Shown: positions 1-9,350 of the stretch, piece by piece
How positions within the stretch are numbered: position 1 is the stretch's first letter
Layout: every line of letters starts with the position of its first letter
From: an uncultured virus (IMG/VR IMGVR_UViG_3300037067_017589)
Lineage: Duplodnaviria > Heunggongvirae > Uroviricota > Caudoviricetes
DNA length: 64,000 nucleotides
Reading direction: 5' to 3' (one strand)
Virus record (IMG/VR): IMGVR_UViG_3300037067_017589
The notes under the pieces: model-generated
Databases searched by the model: none
Seen by the model: the letters and a program-made list of their open reading frames with translations, nothing else
Told to the model about the DNA's origin: nothing
Made by a program: the position numbers and the translations under genes

Positions 1-403
1 AATTGAATATGATAAACAATGGTTTAATGATTTATTTTTAGAAATTAAGAATAGAAATATAACTAATATTAATTTAATTTATCAATTTCATGATAATAAA
101 AAATGTGATGAAATTAGAAATCCTGATAAATTTACTTCTTTTAGTAGGTATTATAATAAGTGTGTATTTGAATCATATGTTAAAACCATTGATAAATTTG
201 GTATGTTTGATCTTATAATAGTTGATGGAAGAGCTAGAATTAGTTGTTTTAAAAGAGCTATATTTAAATTAAAGAAAAATGGATTTATTCTAATAGATGA
301 TATGGAAAGAGAGCATTACAGTGTAATATATGATATGATTCCTAAAAATTGGAAATTATATTTTAATAATGGTAGGGTAAAAATTTACCAAAATCTCATA
401 TAG
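1..403 (+). CDS. Class I SAM-dependent methyltransferase (5'-truncated by window edge)
   Basis: Frame is open from base 2 (IEYDKQWF...) through FDLIIVDGRAR...LKKNGFILIDD, typical of small Methyltransf_24-like enzymes. The ORF-track start at 203 is internal. Confidence 0.7.
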   Translation, partial: IEYDKQWFNDLFLEIKNRNITNINLIYQFHDNKKCDEIRNPDKFTSFSRYYNKCVFESYVKTIDKFGMFDLIIVDGRARISCFKRAIFKLKKNGFILIDDMEREHYSVIYDMIPKNWKLYFNNGRVKIYQNLI

Positions 404-412
404 GAGATTATT

Positions 413-1087
413 ATGAATGTTGTTAATTTTGTTAAAAAAGAATTATTATCTTTTACAGGTTTAAATCAAGCTGAGGTTGATGATTTAATTATAAATAAAA
501 AACATAAACAAGAATGGTTATTTTGGAATCCTAAAACTGAAAGCCAAATTAATTGGTTTTATAAAACATCTATTTCATATTTATTTGCAAATGCATCTCA
601 TATATTAAATAATAATATTATAAATGATATACCTACTAAAAGCACTGTTTTTGATTTTGGAGGAGGATCTGGAAATTATTCTTATTCTTTAATTGATCAT
701 GGTTGTAATTGTATTTATTTTGATATTAGTATTTTGCAGAAAAAATTTGTAGAATATGTTTCATTAAAATATAATTTACCAATTTTGATAATTGATTATG
801 ATGAAAATTATATTCCAATATATAATAAAAAAGTTGATTTTATAATAGCCTTAGATGTAATTGAACATATACCAAATTATGAAAAATATATACAATATTT
901 TTCAAATATTATAAATATTGGTGGAAGTATATATATTTATGCTCCATTTGGAAATATAAATGATCCTACACATTTAGATGATAAATTTAATTTAATAAGT
1001 ATTATGGAAAAATATAATTTTAAGTTTAATAAAAATATATCATTAAATTCTATAGCAAATTGTACTAAATTCACAAAGAAACTATAA
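413..1087 (+). CDS. Class I SAM-dependent methyltransferase
   Basis: SAM motif VFDFGGGSG, then DFIIALDVIEHI and GGSIYIYAPF. GGAG RBS upstream. Confidence 0.8.
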   Translation: MNVVNFVKKELLSFTGLNQAEVDDLIINKKHKQEWLFWNPKTESQINWFYKTSISYLFANASHILNNNIINDIPTKSTVFDFGGGSGNYSYSLIDHGCNCIYFDISILQKKFVEYVSLKYNLPILIIDYDENYIPIYNKKVDFIIALDVIEHIPNYEKYIQYFSNIINIGGSIYIYAPFGNINDPTHLDDKFNLISIMEKYNFKFNKNISLNSIANCTKFTKKL

Positions 1088-1088
1088 T

Positions 1089-1841
1089 ATGAAACATTGT
1101 CATTTTTCAATTTTATATAATGAATTACCATTTTTAAAACAAAAATTATCATTTTTATATAAACATTTTGATCAATTAATATTTTATGATTTAAATATTA
1201 ATACATTTGAATTTTCAAATGATGGTAGTCATGAATTTATAAAAAATTTTCCAGATCCTGAAAACAAAATTACATTAATAGAACAAAAAAATTTATTAAG
1301 TGCAATAAATTTTCACGGCAAGAGTTTTGTACAAAAAAAACAAATGTTTGCTATTGGATCTTTATATATAAAAAATAATATTGATATATTTTGGTGTACA
1401 GATCTTGATGAATTTTTTAACAAACAACTTATTAAAGATATAGAATATATATATAAAACTACAGATAGTAATACTATTTTAATTCCACATATTATATATT
1501 ATAAAAATGAAAACTATATTTTACCGGGAAAAGAAAATACAGGGGTTTCAAGATTGCCATATGCTAGAATTATGAAATATAATCCTGGAAGGATATTTGG
1601 TCATTGTGAAGATGGTCAAGATCCTATTTTTATATTTGATAATAATTATTTATATCATTTTGCATTTATAGGCAATAAACGAATGAAATTTAAAAGTGAA
1701 TTATATGAAAAAGAAAATTTTTATACTGAATGGAAAAATTTTAATTTTGATAAATCAAATTGTATAATTAGTCAATATACTATTCCTGAATATATTAATA
1801 TTAAAGAAATGATGAATGATTTAAACATTGACTTGGATTAA
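1089..1841 (+). CDS. GT-A fold (family 2-like) glycosyltransferase
   Basis: N-terminal YNE...SNDGS motif and DxD motif (TDLDEF); lies in the sugar cluster. Confidence 0.65.
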   Translation: MKHCHFSILYNELPFLKQKLSFLYKHFDQLIFYDLNINTFEFSNDGSHEFIKNFPDPENKITLIEQKNLLSAINFHGKSFVQKKQMFAIGSLYIKNNIDIFWCTDLDEFFNKQLIKDIEYIYKTTDSNTILIPHIIYYKNENYILPGKENTGVSRLPYARIMKYNPGRIFGHCEDGQDPIFIFDNNYLYHFAFIGNKRMKFKSELYEKENFYTEWKNFNFDKSNCIISQYTIPEYINIKEMMNDLNIDLD

Positions 1842-1846
1842 TAATT

Positions 1847-2983
1847 ATGATACCTATATATAAACCACATTTTACAAAAGATAATCTTAAATATGCGCAC
1901 GAAGCAATTGATTCTACGTGGGTATCTTCTAAAGGAGAATATATAACTAAAGTTGAGGAAAATCTTTCTAGAATATATTCTATTGGTGATATTAGAATAA
2001 ACAAAGCATTAACAACTAGTAATGGTACAACTGCTCTACATTTAATAGCTCGTTTAATAAAAGAAAAATATCCTAAAATAAATAAAATAATTGTTCCAAA
2101 TAATTGTTATATTGCAGCATGGAATGCTTTTTTATTTGATAAAAATTATATTATAGAAGCTGTTGAAACGAATATTGAAACTTGGAATATAGATCTTGAA
2201 ATATTATATGAAGTATTATCAAAATCTGATATTGAAACAACAGCTTTATTAATTGTCCATAATCTAGGAAATATTATAAATGTTCCACAAATATTAAGAG
2301 ATTGGAAGAATTTAGTAATAGTTGAAGATAATTGTGAAGGATTTATGGGCAAATATGAAGATTATAATTCTGGTTCAATTTCTTTTGCTTCTGCTATATC
2401 ATTTTTTGGTAATAAAAATGTAACAAGTGGCGAAGGTGGGGCAATTATTTCTTCAAATAATAATCAGGGATATTTATATAAATTACGTTCTCAAGGACAA
2501 TCTGATGTACGTTTTATACATGATGAACTTGGTTATAATTACAGAATGACAAATGTTCAAGCTGCAATTTTATATGGTCAATTAAAAGATTATATATATA
2601 TACAACAAAAAAAAGACGAATTATTTTATAAATATAAAAAATTATTTTCTGATATTGATGAAATTGAATTTCAAAAAATAGATGATAATACTCAACATTC
2701 TAATTGGATGTTTGGCATTAGAATAAAAAATAATAAAAATTATAATGATATCGAGAAATTTTTTAAATCCAATTATATTGAAGCAAGACCAATGTTTTAT
2801 TCTATTAATACACATAAACATTTAAAAGAAGTTGTTTGTCATGGTGGTTTTAATATTGCTGAAAAATTAAATAATGAATGTGTTATATTACCTAGTTATT
2901 TAGATTTGCAGAATTATGAAATAATGCATATTGTTAATACTATTAAATTGTTTATATTGAGCTCACATGAAAAATCCATATAA
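1847..2983 (+). CDS. DegT/DnrJ/EryC1/StrS PLP sugar aminotransferase (perosamine synthase-like)
   Basis: SNGTTALHL, VEDNCE, SFFGNKNVTSGEGG (PLP lysine) and GYNYRMTNVQAA. Confidence 0.9.
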   Translation: MIPIYKPHFTKDNLKYAHEAIDSTWVSSKGEYITKVEENLSRIYSIGDIRINKALTTSNGTTALHLIARLIKEKYPKINKIIVPNNCYIAAWNAFLFDKNYIIEAVETNIETWNIDLEILYEVLSKSDIETTALLIVHNLGNIINVPQILRDWKNLVIVEDNCEGFMGKYEDYNSGSISFASAISFFGNKNVTSGEGGAIISSNNNQGYLYKLRSQGQSDVRFIHDELGYNYRMTNVQAAILYGQLKDYIYIQQKKDELFYKYKKLFSDIDEIEFQKIDDNTQHSNWMFGIRIKNNKNYNDIEKFFKSNYIEARPMFYSINTHKHLKEVVCHGGFNIAEKLNNECVILPSYLDLQNYEIMHIVNTIKLFILSSHEKSI

Positions 2984-4205
2984 AGAAATTACTAAATGCA
3001 GATTAAGTGGAAGTGAAAACTTAATTAGCGTTCTTAATTTGGGAAAACAGTTTTTAACTGGAGTATTTCCAAAACAACAAACAGATTTAATATCATCTGG
3101 ACCATTGGAATTAGTTTGGTGTCCAGATAGTGGTTTATTACAAATGAAACATTCATATAATCCTTCTGAAATGTATGGAGAAAATTACGGATACAGATCT
3201 GGATTAAATAAATCCATGATTAATCATTTAGAAAATAAAGTTTCAGTTTTACAAAAGATTATTTCATTAAATTCTGGAGATTTAGTATTAGATATTGGTT
3301 CAAATGATGGAACATTATTAAAATCATATAATATTAATGGAATTGAACGTATTGGTATAGATCCTACTGGTATTAAATTTAAAGAATATTATACTGATAA
3401 TATTCAACTTATAAATGATTTCTTTTCTCAAAATAGTTTTGAAAAGGTAACTAATAAAAAAGCACGAATAGTAACTTCAATTGCTATGTTTTATGATTTA
3501 GAAAATCCATTAGAATTTGCCAAAGAAGTATATTCAATATTAGATGATAATGGATTATGGCATTTTGAACAAAGTTATATGCCATCAATGTTGCGTACAA
3601 ATTCATATGATACAGTTTGTCATGAACATATTGAATATTATTCTTTATCAGTTATAAAATATATACTTGAACATGTTGGTATGAAAATTATAAATGTTGA
3701 AACGAATTTTATTAATGGTGGGTCATTTGCTGTTACGGCTGCAAAAGAAAATTCATCATTTATATCTAATAATTCAATAATTAATTGGTTATTATCTCAA
3801 GAAAAACTTATGGGATTAGATACTCCTCGTCCATATCGTAATTTTGAAGAATGTGTATTTAGACATCGTAATGATTTGAGAAGACTTATTTATACATTAG
3901 TTTTAGATGGTAAAAAAATATTTGGATATGGAGCATCTACAAAAGGTAATGTTATGTTACAATTTTGTGGATTAACACGTAATGAAATTCCATTTATAGC
4001 CGATGTTAATAGCGATAAATTTGGATGTATAACTCCAGGTAGTAATATTCCAATTATATCTGAACAAGAAGCTCGTGATATGAAACCAGATTTTTTTCTT
4101 GTACTTCCTTGGCATTTTAAAAATGGTATATTAAATAGAGAAAAAGATTTTATTAAAAATGGTGGAAAATTTATATTTCCATTTCCAGAAATTGAAATTG
4201 TTTAA
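2967..4205 (+). CDS. NDP-sugar C-methyltransferase (Zn-binding N-terminus, SAM domain, C-terminal domain)
   Basis: LDIGSNDG, YDTVCHEHIEYYS, GYGASTKGN and LVLPWHF motifs of the C-methyltransferase family. Confidence 0.85.
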   Translation: MKNPYKEITKCRLSGSENLISVLNLGKQFLTGVFPKQQTDLISSGPLELVWCPDSGLLQMKHSYNPSEMYGENYGYRSGLNKSMINHLENKVSVLQKIISLNSGDLVLDIGSNDGTLLKSYNINGIERIGIDPTGIKFKEYYTDNIQLINDFFSQNSFEKVTNKKARIVTSIAMFYDLENPLEFAKEVYSILDDNGLWHFEQSYMPSMLRTNSYDTVCHEHIEYYSLSVIKYILEHVGMKIINVETNFINGGSFAVTAAKENSSFISNNSIINWLLSQEKLMGLDTPRPYRNFEECVFRHRNDLRRLIYTLVLDGKKIFGYGASTKGNVMLQFCGLTRNEIPFIADVNSDKFGCITPGSNIPIISEQEARDMKPDFFLVLPWHFKNGILNREKDFIKNGGKFIFPFPEIEIV

Positions 4206-4526
4206 AAGGATTATATATGGAATATAAATATTATGCTGAATTTAAAACTGATCAAATAATTAGAGAAAATTATTTTCCTGATTTTTCTTTTAAAGGAATT
4301 ATGGTAGAGGTTGGAGCAGCAACTCCAGATTTTATTAGTATGTCCAAACATTTTAGAGAATCTGGATGGCGTTGCATTTGTATTGATCCAAATCCACACT
4401 ATGTACAAATGCATTTAAATTGTGGAAATGAAATATATAAATATGCTTGTTCGTTTGAAAATAAAGATAATGTTGATTTTCAAGTTGTACATTTTTCTGA
4501 TAATTATAATAATAATATAATTACTG

Positions 4527-4558
4527 ATTATAGTTATTCTTCATTATAGTTATTCTTC
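4527..4558 (+). repeat. Perfect 16-bp tandem duplication ATTATAGTTATTCTTC x2
   Basis: Directly visible at 4527-4542 and 4543-4558; creates the premature TAG. Confidence 0.95.
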
Positions 4559-4581
4559 TTTAAATATAAAAGACAATTATC

Positions 4582-4891
4582 GTGAACTACCCTCACCTAA
4601 AGGTAAGGGCTTCTTGGACCCCCATGGTTCCAACATATTGAGAATTATTCTCAATAGCCTGTCCCAGGCAATAAATGTTTAGTAACTAAAATTTTGATTC
4701 ATTTTTCTAAAAAGATCACATCATATATTTGAATCAAGCCTCAAAGAGGCTTTGTGCTAAAAAATAGCACCATGCGATCTCCTATTTAGAATATATTAAG
4801 ATATTCCTAGAAATAAAGAAAATTTCTAAAGAAAAAAGTTTAACAACAATTCATCCCTCCCCTAAAGGAAAGGGACTTCTTGTTGAAAAGG
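4582..4891 (-). mobile_element. Non-autonomous IS200/IS605-type element (PATE/MITE), copy 1, 310 bp
   Basis: On the minus strand: TTTAA | CCTTTTCAACAAGAAGTCCCTTTCCTTTAGGGGAGGG (left-end hairpin) ... GAAGCCCTTACCTTTAGGTGAGGGTAGTTCAC (right-end hairpin). No target duplication; near-identical to copies 2 and 3. Confidence 0.9.
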
Positions 4892-5263
4892 TTAAATATG
4901 GAAAAGTTACAATAAATTCACTACCTATTAAAAACATTAAAGTAAATGTAAGAACTTTAAATACAATACTATCTGAATTAAATATTGATCATATAGATTT
5001 TCTTAGTATTGATACAGAGGGATGGGAATTAGAAGTAATGAAAGGATTTGATGTAAATAAATATACACCAAAGATTATTTTACTTGAAAATTGGACTCAC
5101 ACACCAACTTATACCACTTATATGAAATCCATAGATTATAAATTAAATAAAAAATTACGATACAATTATATGTTTACGAAAAATATTTAAATTTTACGGT
5201 TTTCTTGTTAAATTTTTTTAAACTGATATATTATTTAGTTAGATTTTATAAATCGGAGTTTTA

Positions 5264-6244
5264 ATGAAAAAAGCGTGTATAACAGGAATTACTGGGCAAA
5301 CAGGTTCATACCTAGCTGATATTTTACTTGAAAAAGGTTATGAAGTTTATGGTTTAATTAGACGAAGCAGTTCTTTTAATACTGAAAGAATTAATCATAT
5401 TTATAATGATTTGCATTTATCTTTTGGTGATTTATCTGATTATGGTTCTATAGCTAATTGGGTTCGCCAAGTTCAACCAGATGAATTTTATAACATGGGT
5501 GCAATGTCACATGTGCGTGTAAGTTTTGATATTCCAGAATATACAATGGATATTGGTGCTACTGGAGTTGTTAGATGTTTAGAAGCTTTATGTAATTTTA
5601 GTCCTCATACAAAATTTGTACAAGCATCAACTTCTGAATTGTTTGGGAATTCTCCACCTCCACAAAGCGAAACAACACCATTTCATCCAAGATCTCCATA
5701 TGGAGCTGCAAAAATAGCTGGTTATTGGTCAGTTATTAATTATAGAGAATCAGAAAAACTTTTTGCAGCAAATTCAATCAGTTTTAACCACGAAAGTATG
5801 CGTAGGGGAGAAACTTTTGTTACAAGAAAAATTACCAGAGCAGCAGCTAGAATAAAAATAGGATTACAAGATAAATTAATTCTTGGTAATCTAGATTCTA
5901 AACGAGATTGGAATCATGCTAAGGATGTGTCTAACGCATTGTGGATGATGGTTAATTCTCCTAAGGCAGATGATTGGGTAGTAGCTTCTGGAGAAATGCA
6001 TTCTGTTAAAGAGTTTTTAGAGATTGTTTTTGATATATTAAATTTAGATTATAATAAATATATTGAATTTGATTCTAGATATATTAGACCAACTGAAGTA
6101 GATGCTTTATGTGGAGACTCTACAAAAATTCGTACAATTCTTGGATGGAAACCAAAATATACATTTAAACAATTAGTTGAAGAAATGGTTGATAATGATT
6201 TAAAATTAGCTTATAAAGAAAAACTATTATTAAATAATTTATAA
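5264..6244 (+). CDS. gmd: GDP-mannose 4,6-dehydratase
   Basis: ITGITGQTGSYL, AMSHVRVSF, QASTSELFG, SPYGAAK, FNHES.RRGETFVTRKITR, GNLDSKRDW. Confidence 0.95.
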   Translation: MKKACITGITGQTGSYLADILLEKGYEVYGLIRRSSSFNTERINHIYNDLHLSFGDLSDYGSIANWVRQVQPDEFYNMGAMSHVRVSFDIPEYTMDIGATGVVRCLEALCNFSPHTKFVQASTSELFGNSPPPQSETTPFHPRSPYGAAKIAGYWSVINYRESEKLFAANSISFNHESMRRGETFVTRKITRAAARIKIGLQDKLILGNLDSKRDWNHAKDVSNALWMMVNSPKADDWVVASGEMHSVKEFLEIVFDILNLDYNKYIEFDSRYIRPTEVDALCGDSTKIRTILGWKPKYTFKQLVEEMVDNDLKLAYKEKLLLNNL

Positions 6245-6275
6245 ATATTAAATTTAATAAATAAAAAGGTAAAAT

Positions 6276-7817
6276 ATGTCAAAGATAATATTAGTAACTG
6301 GTGGTTCATCATTTTTAGGTCATCATGTTGTTCCTTTATTAAAAAAATATGCAAGAGAGGTTAATCCTTTATCAAAGCATATTGCATATTTAAAAGAACC
6401 AAGATTTAAATTATTAACACCATCATCTAAAGAATTAAACTTATTAAGTTATGAAAGTGTTTTAAAATATTTACAACAACATCGTCCAAATATTATTTTA
6501 CATATGGCTGCTCTTTGTGGTGGTATTGGAGCTAATAAAGATAATCCAGCTATTTTTATTCATGAAAATTTAAAGATGACTATTAATTTATTTGAGGGTA
6601 TTAGAACTATTAATACTTGGCAAAATAATACTATTAAACAAATAAATTGTGAACGTCCAATTACTCATTTATATGGAGTTGGTTCTATTTGTGAATATCC
6701 GGAAATTTGTCCAGTTCCATTTAAAGAAACTGATTTGTGGAATGGATTTGAAGAACCTACAAATGCCGGATATGGTGAAAGTAAGAGAGTAATGCTATTA
6801 ATGCAACAATGTTTTAGAGATCAATTTGGTCTTAAAGGAATGCATTTTTTACCAGTAAATATGTATGGTAATTATGATAATTTTGATTATAGAAATGGTC
6901 ATGTAATTCCAGCGTTAATTCGTAAATTTCTTGATTCAAAGAATAATAACTTATCAGAAGTAGAAATATGGGGAGATGGAACTCCTACCAGAGAATTTTT
7001 TTATGCAAAAGATTGTGCAGAAGCTATTTGTAAAGCTGTAGTTGAAGAAGTAGATTATAATGATCCGGTTAATCTTGGAACTGGCGTTGATATTTCAATA
7101 AAAGATTTGGCTGAATTAATAGCAGAACTTGTAAATTATTCTGGTAAAATAGTTTTTAATGGTAAAATTGATATGAATGGACAACCTATTAGACGTCTTG
7201 ATGTATCACGTGCACAGGAAGTTTTAGGATTTAAAGCAAATACATCATTAAGAGATGGTTTAATTAAAACTATTGAATGGGTAATTGATAATGATATTTT
7301 TAATTATAAAAAGAATAATGTAACTATTTTACCATTGTATAATATGTTAAATCCCCCAATCTGTTTTAATACTGATATTAATATTAAAACAGATAATAAA
7401 AATCTGATAAATAAAGTTAATAATCTTAAAAATAGTAATAAAGAAATTATAACAAAGGGAAAAGATAATATACAAAAATTTATAAATTCTATACAAAGAC
7501 AATTGGGATATATTCCAGAGGTTCTTAAAGAAGATTTTAAAATCAATCAAGAAGTTATAAATTTAAAAAATATTAAAAATATTAAAATTCAAGAATATAA
7601 AAAAAATCCTGTTGAAGATTTTAAGAACGCTTGTGAATATTATGAAAAAGAATTTGGTATTAATCCAAAAGATAATAACATTTCAGAAACAGAAATAATG
7701 TTTGTTTATATATTAAAAGATATAAATTTTGAATCTTCAGTTAAAATAACAGATATATATAATTTTTGTAATAAAAAATTTAGAAAATATACAAAATTTT
7801 TATTAGATTTGTTATAA
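6276..7817 (+). CDS. fcl: GDP-L-fucose synthase-like SDR with a ~170-aa C-terminal extension
   Basis: VTGGSSFLG, AALCGGIGAN, EPTNAGYGESKR, PVNMYG.YDNF, HVIPALIRKF, WGDGTPTREF. Confidence 0.85.
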   Translation: MSKIILVTGGSSFLGHHVVPLLKKYAREVNPLSKHIAYLKEPRFKLLTPSSKELNLLSYESVLKYLQQHRPNIILHMAALCGGIGANKDNPAIFIHENLKMTINLFEGIRTINTWQNNTIKQINCERPITHLYGVGSICEYPEICPVPFKETDLWNGFEEPTNAGYGESKRVMLLMQQCFRDQFGLKGMHFLPVNMYGNYDNFDYRNGHVIPALIRKFLDSKNNNLSEVEIWGDGTPTREFFYAKDCAEAICKAVVEEVDYNDPVNLGTGVDISIKDLAELIAELVNYSGKIVFNGKIDMNGQPIRRLDVSRAQEVLGFKANTSLRDGLIKTIEWVIDNDIFNYKKNNVTILPLYNMLNPPICFNTDINIKTDNKNLINKVNNLKNSNKEIITKGKDNIQKFINSIQRQLGYIPEVLKEDFKINQEVINLKNIKNIKIQEYKKNPVEDFKNACEYYEKEFGINPKDNNISETEIMFVYILKDINFESSVKITDIYNFCNKKFRKYTKFLLDLL

Positions 7818-7841
7818 ATATATTATATAAAATAAAAAAAA

Positions 7842-8810
7842 ATGGCAAATAAAATGAGTATAAAAAAACGTAGATTATTAATAACAGGTAGTGGTGGATT
7901 TATTCTTGGTAATTTTATTCGCCAAGTATTTTATCACAAGAAACCATATATTATTTCTAGTTTAGATAGGGTTAGAGAAACTCATCTCACACAAAATATC
8001 TACGTTAATTCAGATCATTCTTTTTATATTGCTGATGTTCTTGATTCTCATATTCTTCATATTATTTGTGAAAAAGAAAAACCAGATATTATTATTCATG
8101 GTGCAGATGAATCATGTGTAAGTGAAAATAATATACCATTTATTACAAATAATATAATTGGTACACAAAACATAATAAATGAATGTATAAAAATAGGGGC
8201 TAAACTTATATTATTTAGCACTGATAAAGTATATGGATCACTTGATAATGAAAAGGATTCTTCATGGACAGAAGAATCTTTTATAAATCCAAAAAATATA
8301 TATGCCGCTTCCAAAGTTTCTGCAGAATTATTGACGAAAACAGCTGGAATAACAAATGATTTAAAATATAATATTATTAGATTATGTAATAATTATGGAC
8401 CTTGGCAAACTAGTGAAAAATTTATTCCAAAAATTATTAAAAGTATTTTCGATGAAAATGAAATTTCAATTTATGGGCAGGGTAATCAGGTAAGAGATTG
8501 GATACATGTATATGATACTTGTTCAGCTTTATTTAATATTATTGATAATGGAATAGATGGTGCTTTATATAATATAACAGCAAAACAAGAATTTACAAAT
8601 CTTGAAGTTGCTCAAATTGTTTGTAATGCAATTGGACGAGGTCACAATCTTATAAAACATATTTCAGATATAACTGGAAATGATTTTAGATTTTCTATGA
8701 ATAATGATAAAATAAAATCAATTGATTGGATTCCTCAATACAAATTTAGAGATGGAATTACACAAGTTTGTCAATGGTATGTAACTAATAGATATGTTCT
8801 TAAGATGTGA
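7842..8810 (+). CDS. NDP-sugar 4,6-dehydratase/epimerase (RmlB-like extended SDR)
   Basis: ITGSGGFILG, STDKVYG, YAASK, CNNYGPWQ.SEKFIP, YGQGNQVRDWIHV. Confidence 0.85.
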   Translation: MANKMSIKKRRLLITGSGGFILGNFIRQVFYHKKPYIISSLDRVRETHLTQNIYVNSDHSFYIADVLDSHILHIICEKEKPDIIIHGADESCVSENNIPFITNNIIGTQNIINECIKIGAKLILFSTDKVYGSLDNEKDSSWTEESFINPKNIYAASKVSAELLTKTAGITNDLKYNIIRLCNNYGPWQTSEKFIPKIIKSIFDENEISIYGQGNQVRDWIHVYDTCSALFNIIDNGIDGALYNITAKQEFTNLEVAQIVCNAIGRGHNLIKHISDITGNDFRFSMNNDKIKSIDWIPQYKFRDGITQVCQWYVTNRYVLKM

Positions 8811-8813
8811 AAT

Positions 8814-9101
8814 ATGAAAGAATTATTACCTACAATTACAGATTATGCTCGTGTTATAAAATGCATAAGTAAAGCAATTTCTGACAATAGATGGTCAGAT
8901 AAACAATTATCACGAATACAAAAAGGTGAAGTTCAAAGTATATTGGCTAATATATATTTTGGTAATATTTTAATAGAAAATTTATTAGAATTAAAAAATC
9001 AAGGAATTGATTGTAAAATTAGTGAATATATAGATGATGTAGTGAACTACCCTCACCTAAAGGTAAGGGTTTCTTGGATCCCCATGGTTCCAACATATTG
9101 A
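8814..9101 (+). pseudogene. Hypothetical protein interrupted by element copy 2
   Basis: The last ~19 residues (VNYPHLKVRVSW...) are read from the inserted element. A stop-free frame resumes at 9383-9646. Confidence 0.6.
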
Positions 9102-9242
9102 GGATTATCCTCAATAGCCTGTCCCAGGCAATAAATGTTTAATAACTAAAATTTTGATTCATTTTTCTAAAAAGATCACATCATATATTTGAATCAAGCC
9201 TCAAAGAGGCTTTGTGCTAAAAAATAGCACCATGCGATCTCC
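9042..9242 (-). ncRNA. Putative ~200-nt structured RNA (omega-RNA-like scaffold) within the element; equivalents in copies 1 and 3
   Basis: Stems AGATC(G/A)CAT/ATGTGATCT, GTGCTA/TAGCAC, AAGCCTC/GAGGCTT, GCCTG/CAGGC, ATTGAG(A/G)A/T(T/C)CTCAAT, TTGGA/TCCAA and the right-end hairpin. Variation between copies is compensatory or G-U on the minus strand. Confidence 0.55.
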
Positions 9243-9350
9243 TATTTAGAATATATCAAGATATTCCTAAAATAAAGAAAATTTCTAAAGAAAAAAGTTT
9301 AACAACAATTCATCCCTCCCCTAAAGGAAAGGGATTTCTTGTTGAAAAGG
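9042..9350 (-). mobile_element. Non-autonomous IS200/IS605-type element, copy 2, 309 bp
   Basis: Same ends as copy 1; flanked by TTAAA (TTTAA on minus) at 9351-9355. Confidence 0.9.

Larger units (their letters stand above)
4217..5190 (+). pseudogene. FkbM-family methyltransferase disrupted by a 16-bp duplication and a 310-bp insertion
   Basis: 5' half has MVEVGA and CIDPNP; 3' half (4894-5190) has VRTLNTIL...IDFLSIDTEGWELEVMKG. Removing 4543-4558 and 4582-4891 restores one continuous frame. Confidence 0.85.

Noticed and set aside
4582..4891. Element as a self-splicing group I intron or IStron
   Set aside because: It lies antisense to the interrupted genes, ends in C rather than G on its structured strand, and shows no recognisable P7 consensus; the FkbM host gene has also acquired a second lesion.
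9042..9350. Plus-strand IscB-type omega-RNA reading
   Set aside because: Copy variants give G-U pairs on the minus strand but A-C mismatches on the plus strand, and the promoter motif points along the minus strand. Disfavoured rather than excluded.
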